Assembly: GCF_000406145.1 (NCBI RefSeq) | Contig: NZ_CM001976.1 | Coordinates: 2,042,161 to 2,074,160 of the forward strand | Direction: 5' to 3' | Origin: Dickeya dadantii NCPPB 898 | GTDB taxonomy: Bacteria; Pseudomonadota; Gammaproteobacteria; Enterobacterales; Enterobacteriaceae | Length of the DNA: 32,000 nt | Part shown: piece after piece, positions 28,295-32,000 of the stretch | Layout: each line of letters opens with the position of its first letter | Position numbering within the stretch: the first letter of the stretch is position 1 | Position numbers and translations under genes: made by a program | The notes under the pieces: model-generated | What the model was told of the DNA's origin: nothing | Seen by the model: the letters and a program-made list of their open reading frames with translations, nothing else | Databases searched by the model: none

Positions 28295-29968
28295 ATGAAT
28301 TTCTTAAAAGATATTACCGTCAGACGAATGATGTTAATTATTCTGGCGCTATTTTCGGTCGTGTGGGGAATGGCATCTTCGTTTACCTTGTATTCACTTG
28401 GTAATGTCAATAGTTTATTAAGTGACAATCAGGACCAGAAAAAAAGTTATTCCATTTTGGTTCGCGGCAACGATCAGTATTCTCGTGCGGTAACGCGTAT
28501 GTCGCGCATTCCGGAGTTTATACAGCAAGGCGAGATGGATAATGCCCAGAAAACGTTGATCTCTGCGACGGACGCGCTGAAAAATACCAAAGAGGCGTTG
28601 ACGCAGTTTAAGCATAGCCGGCAGGTTGGCGTCAGCGATGAACAGGTCCAGCAACTGATTGCCTCATGGGAACAGGTTCTCGGCAATGCGGTCGAGCCAA
28701 TGATGAGCGCGCTGAAAGACGGGCGAATAGACGAATTTAAACGAGTTTTCCTGAAACAATATCCGCCGATGAGCGTGGAGTTCGGCGAATTGACGGAAAA
28801 ATACGCCGCTGCTATCCAGGCCGACAGTACTATTACGAATGTCGGGCGCTACATCGAGATTAGCAAAAACGTGTTACTGGCTGCCCTGATTATTGGCGTC
28901 ATCGTGCTGCTCCTGAGCGACCGTTATCTGGTCAACTATCTGGTGAAACCGATTGGTCAGATTAAACGCCATCTGGAATTGCTGACCAGCGGCAAACTTG
29001 GGGTGGAGCTGGATGAATTCGGCCGCAACTGTGCCGGCCAGTTAATCCCTTACATTCGGGCGATGCAGCACAGCCTGCGCAATACGGTGCAGACTATCCA
29101 TGCCAGCTCGTCGGTGATTTACACCGGCACCAGCGAAATCCGCCAGGGTAATGATGAACTGTCGCGCCGTACCGACCAGCAGGCGGCGGCCTTGCAGGAA
29201 ACCGCCGCCAGCATGGAAGAGCTGACCTCGACGGTGAAAAACAACGCCGATAACGTGCGTCAGGCGCGGCAGATTTCGGAAGAGGCGCAGCGGATGGCGC
29301 GTCAGGGCGGCGACATTACCGACAGCGTGGTGACCACCATGCAGGGGATTGCCGACAGCTCACGCAAGATTGCCGATATCACCAGTGTGATTAACGGCAT
29401 CGCCTTCCAGACCAATATCCTGGCGCTGAACGCGGCGGTGGAAGCGGCGCGGGCCGGCGAACAGGGTCGCGGTTTCGCGGTGGTGGCCGGGGAAGTGCGC
29501 AATCTGGCGCAGCGCAGCGCGCAGGCCGCCAAAGAGATCGAGACGCTGATTGGCGAATCGGTCAGCCGGGTGAGTACCGGTTCTGAACTGGTGCGGGAAG
29601 CGGGCAACGCGATGGAAGTGATTATCTCCTCGGTGTCACGGGTGCATGGGCTGATGGGCGAGATTTCGGCGGCGTCTGATGAGCAAAGCCGGGGCATCGC
29701 GCAAATCGGTCAGGCGGTGACGGAAATGGACGGCGTGACGCAGCAGAACGCGGCGCTGGTGGAGGAAGCCTCGGCGGCGGCGGCGTCACTGGAAGATCAG
29801 GCGCAGAGTCTGGCGGTGGCGGTGGCGGCGTTTGACCTGGGCGATACGCCGACGGCGCTGCACTCCCCGCGTGCTAGCGCTGCGGCGCTGAAACGGCCTG
29901 TATCGGCCTCTTCGCTGGGCGCGCGGCCGGTCACGGCTTCCGCTAAGGGGGACTGGGAAACGTTCTGA
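28295..29968 (+). CDS. Methyl-accepting chemotaxis protein 2 (Tar-like), with C-terminal DWETF tether motif
   Basis: The start is taken at ATG 28295 ([17 protein letters not shown]), preceded by 'cggagcctgtt'; the track start 28241 is an upstream extension. This gives 557 aa. The signalling hairpin is '[42 protein letters not shown]'. The last residues 'GDWETF' resemble the NWETF CheR/CheB-docking pentapeptide. Confidence 0.9.
   Translation: MNFLKDITVRRMMLIILALFSVVWGMASSFTLYSLGNVNSLLSDNQDQKKSYSILVRGNDQYSRAVTRMSRIPEFIQQGEMDNAQKTLISATDALKNTKEALTQFKHSRQVGVSDEQVQQLIASWEQVLGNAVEPMMSALKDGRIDEFKRVFLKQYPPMSVEFGELTEKYAAAIQADSTITNVGRYIEISKNVLLAALIIGVIVLLLSDRYLVNYLVKPIGQIKRHLELLTSGKLGVELDEFGRNCAGQLIPYIRAMQHSLRNTVQTIHASSSVIYTGTSEIRQGNDELSRRTDQQAAALQETAASMEELTSTVKNNADNVRQARQISEEAQRMARQGGDITDSVVTTMQGIADSSRKIADITSVINGIAFQTNILALNAAVEAARAGEQGRGFAVVAGEVRNLAQRSAQAAKEIETLIGESVSRVSTGSELVREAGNAMEVIISSVSRVHGLMGEISAASDEQSRGIAQIGQAVTEMDGVTQQNAALVEEASAAAASLEDQAQSLAVAVAAFDLGDTPTALHSPRASAAALKRPVSASSLGARPVTASAKGDWETF
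28883..29826 (+). repeat. Copy A of the ~0.94-kb near-identical segment shared by MCP2 and MCP3 (TM2-HAMP-signalling module)
   Basis: It aligns without gaps to 31057..32000 at a constant offset of 2174 nt. By eye there are roughly 25-30 mismatches, about 97% identity, mostly at third codon positions. The reverse-strand shadow ORFs 29302..29697 and 31476..31871 in the track differ at only one residue. Confidence 0.9.
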
Positions 29969-29995
29969 CAGGCTTCTGGTTCTCTTGTGTTAGCT

Positions 29996-30029
29996 CAGAA
30001 TGCACCGGCTTGCCGGTGCATTCTGTTTT
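29996..30029 (+). terminator. Rho-independent terminator of MCP2
   Basis: 13-bp perfect stem 'cagaatgcaccgg' / 'ccggtgcattctg' with loop 'cttg', followed by 'tttt'. Confidence 0.85.
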
Positions 30030-30468
30030 ATGGCGATGGTGGCAGGTTTTTATCCGGGTGGTTGCCGCTGGGATGATTACCCGGGACTCAATAACTAAGG
30101 GAATTAAAAAATAAACAAGGCTGAAATGAAATAACGTGATCCTGGTCAGCTTTACCTTTTTATTTTAAGGCTCACTTAATTTTCAATCGGTAGTATTAAC
30201 GATGAAGACACATTGAACGTGTTGCCGGTTATGAAAGAGAAACGGGTCGCTAAAAAGGAATGCGGTTTATTTAACCGCTATCTATGCCGGAATAAAAATA
30301 TTGTTATTACATTGTTGAAAATAATTTATTGAGCCAGGGTTTTTCTTGTCACAAGGCGCAGCAGGTGCACAGTGGTGATCGATGCACTATTTACACTGGG
30401 GAATACCAACCGCAGGTGGCTATGACTAAGCAAGCGCTGAATGCGCGACTAATTATCCGGAGCCTGTT

Positions 30469-32000
30469 ATGAATATCTTAAGACACATCACTGTCAGAAG
30501 AATGCTGTTAATTATCCTGACACTGTTTACCGTTATCTGGGGAATGGCATCCATTTTTACTCTGAACTCATTCAGCAGCATGAGTGATTTGCTGAATGAC
30601 AACATGGCACAAAAGAAGAGTTACTCGACGCTGGTCAAAGGCAACGATCAATATTTCCGTGCGGTAACCCGGATGTTGCGTGCGGTGGATTACCTGCAGA
30701 CCGGCGATGCCGACAATGCGCAGAAAACCCTGAGCTCAGCCGCCAGCGCACTGAAAAATAGCGAAGAAGCGCTGGCACAGTTTAAAAGCAGCGAGCATAT
30801 CGGTGTAGACAAAGATGTGGTGCAGCAGATGACCGATGTCTGGGGTCGGCTGCTGCAAAGTGGCGTGGAGCCGATGCTGACGGCGGTTAAAGACGGCCGG
30901 ATGGACGATTTCCGCCAACTGTTTCGCAAACAGTATCCGCCGCTGAGCGTGGAATTCGGTGGCGTGGCGGACAAGTACGTGACGGCTATTCAATCCGATG
31001 ATGCCATTATCTCAGCGGAAAAACATATTGCCATCAACAAGGATCTGCTGCTGGTTGCCCTGATTATCGGCGTCATCGTGCTGCTCCTGAGCGACCGTTA
31101 TCTGGTCAACTATCTGGTGAAACCGATTGGTCAGATTAAACGCCATCTGGAATTGCTGACCAGCGGCAAACTCGGGGTGGAGCTGGATGAATTCGGCCGC
31201 AACTGCGCCGGCCAACTGATCCCTTACATCCGGGCGATGCAGCACAGCCTGCGCAATACGGTGCAGACTATCCATGCCAGCTCGTCGGTGATTTACACCG
31301 GCACCAGCGAAATCCGCCAGGGTAATGATGAACTGTCGCGCCGTACCGACCAGCAGGCGGCGGCCTTGCAGGAAACCGCCGCCAGCATGGAAGAGCTGAC
31401 CTCGACGGTGAAAAACAACGCCGATAACGTACGTCAGGCGCGGCAGATTTCGGAAGAGGCGCAGCAGATGGCGCGTCAGGGCGGCGACATTACCGATAGC
31501 GTGGTGACCACCATGCAGGGGATTGCCGACAGCTCGCGCAAGATTGCCGATATCACCAGCGTGATTAACGGCATCGCCTTCCAGACCAATATCCTGGCAC
31601 TGAACGCGGCGGTGGAGGCGGCGCGGGCCGGCGAACAGGGTCGCGGTTTCGCGGTGGTGGCCGGGGAAGTGCGCAATCTGGCACAGCGCAGCGCGCAGGC
31701 CGCCAAAGAGATCGAGACGCTGATTGGCGAATCGGTCAGCCGGGTGAGTACCGGCTCTGAACTGGTGCGGGAAGCGGGCAACGCGATGGAAGTGATTATC
31801 TCCTCGGTATCACGGGTACATGACCTGATGGGCGAGATTTCGGCGGCATCTGATGAGCAGAGCCGGGGCATCGCGCAAATCGGTCAGGCGGTGACGGAGA
31901 TGGACGGCGTGACGCAGCAGAACGCGGCGCTGGTGGAGGAAGCCTCGACGGCGGCGGCGTCGCTGGACGATCAGGCGCAGAGTCTGGCGGCGGCGGTGGC
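30469..32000 (+). CDS. Methyl-accepting chemotaxis protein 3 (Tar-like), 3'-truncated by the window end
   Basis: ATG 30469 follows the same 'cggagcctgtt' RBS context as MCP2. My translation is [32 protein letters not shown]...[25 protein letters not shown].... The frame is open to 32000, which is why it is absent from the ORF track. From TM2 onward it is nearly identical to MCP2. Confidence 0.9.
   Translation, partial: MNILRHITVRRMLLIILTLFTVIWGMASIFTLNSFSSMSDLLNDNMAQKKSYSTLVKGNDQYFRAVTRMLRAVDYLQTGDADNAQKTLSSAASALKNSEEALAQFKSSEHIGVDKDVVQQMTDVWGRLLQSGVEPMLTAVKDGRMDDFRQLFRKQYPPLSVEFGGVADKYVTAIQSDDAIISAEKHIAINKDLLLVALIIGVIVLLLSDRYLVNYLVKPIGQIKRHLELLTSGKLGVELDEFGRNCAGQLIPYIRAMQHSLRNTVQTIHASSSVIYTGTSEIRQGNDELSRRTDQQAAALQETAASMEELTSTVKNNADNVRQARQISEEAQQMARQGGDITDSVVTTMQGIADSSRKIADITSVINGIAFQTNILALNAAVEAARAGEQGRGFAVVAGEVRNLAQRSAQAAKEIETLIGESVSRVSTGSELVREAGNAMEVIISSVSRVHDLMGEISAASDEQSRGIAQIGQAVTEMDGVTQQNAALVEEASTAAASLDDQAQSLAAAV
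31057..32000 (+). repeat. Copy B of the near-identical MCP signalling-module segment (continues past the window end)
   Basis: See copy A. High identity begins abruptly at 'gccctgattat' (TM2). Upstream of that point the two genes are only about half identical at the protein level. Confidence 0.9.

Overview
This looks like an enterobacterial chromosomal window. I judge it Pectobacteriaceae or Dickeya-like from the GC-rich core genes, E. coli-like synteny and several chemoreceptor genes, but that is inference only. The core content, in order:
- setB (5'-partial), divergent from fruBKA, with Cra/FruR operators between them
- an orphan 236-aa gene
- nfo and yeiH, divergent from yeiE and lysP
- sotB
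- a CUT2-type ABC ATPase plus permease pair with no binding-protein gene
- a ybdH/hcxA-like dehydrogenase
- a KTSC-domain protein
- a LysR regulator followed by frmA and frmB
- three tandem Tar-like (four-helix-bundle) chemoreceptor genes, the last cut by the window end

The standout is a ~5.5 kb compositionally atypical insertion (about 12160-17840) between sotB and the ABC genes. It is one tightly coupled operon encoding five proteins: a KASIII/FabH-like enzyme, an FkbH-like glyceryl-ACP synthase (DLDNTLW HAD motif), a small ACP (WDSL), a 2-oxoacid-dehydrogenase-E2-like acyltransferase (DHRVLDG) and an alpha/beta hydrolase. That five-enzyme set is the logic of 3-acyl-5-methylidene-tetronate (agglomerin-type) biosynthesis. 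There is no PKS or NRPS, so the acyl chain would come from fatty-acid metabolism.

Secondary points of interest:
- The 236-aa orphan between fruA and nfo has a caspase/CHAT-like His...Cys motif pattern.
- The tandem chemoreceptors have a mosaic structure: diverged sensor domains but ~97% identical signalling modules.
- The ABC importer lacks a binding-protein gene.

I found no rRNA, tRNA, CRISPR array, IS element or integrase. All family assignments come from reading the translations by eye. No searches were run.
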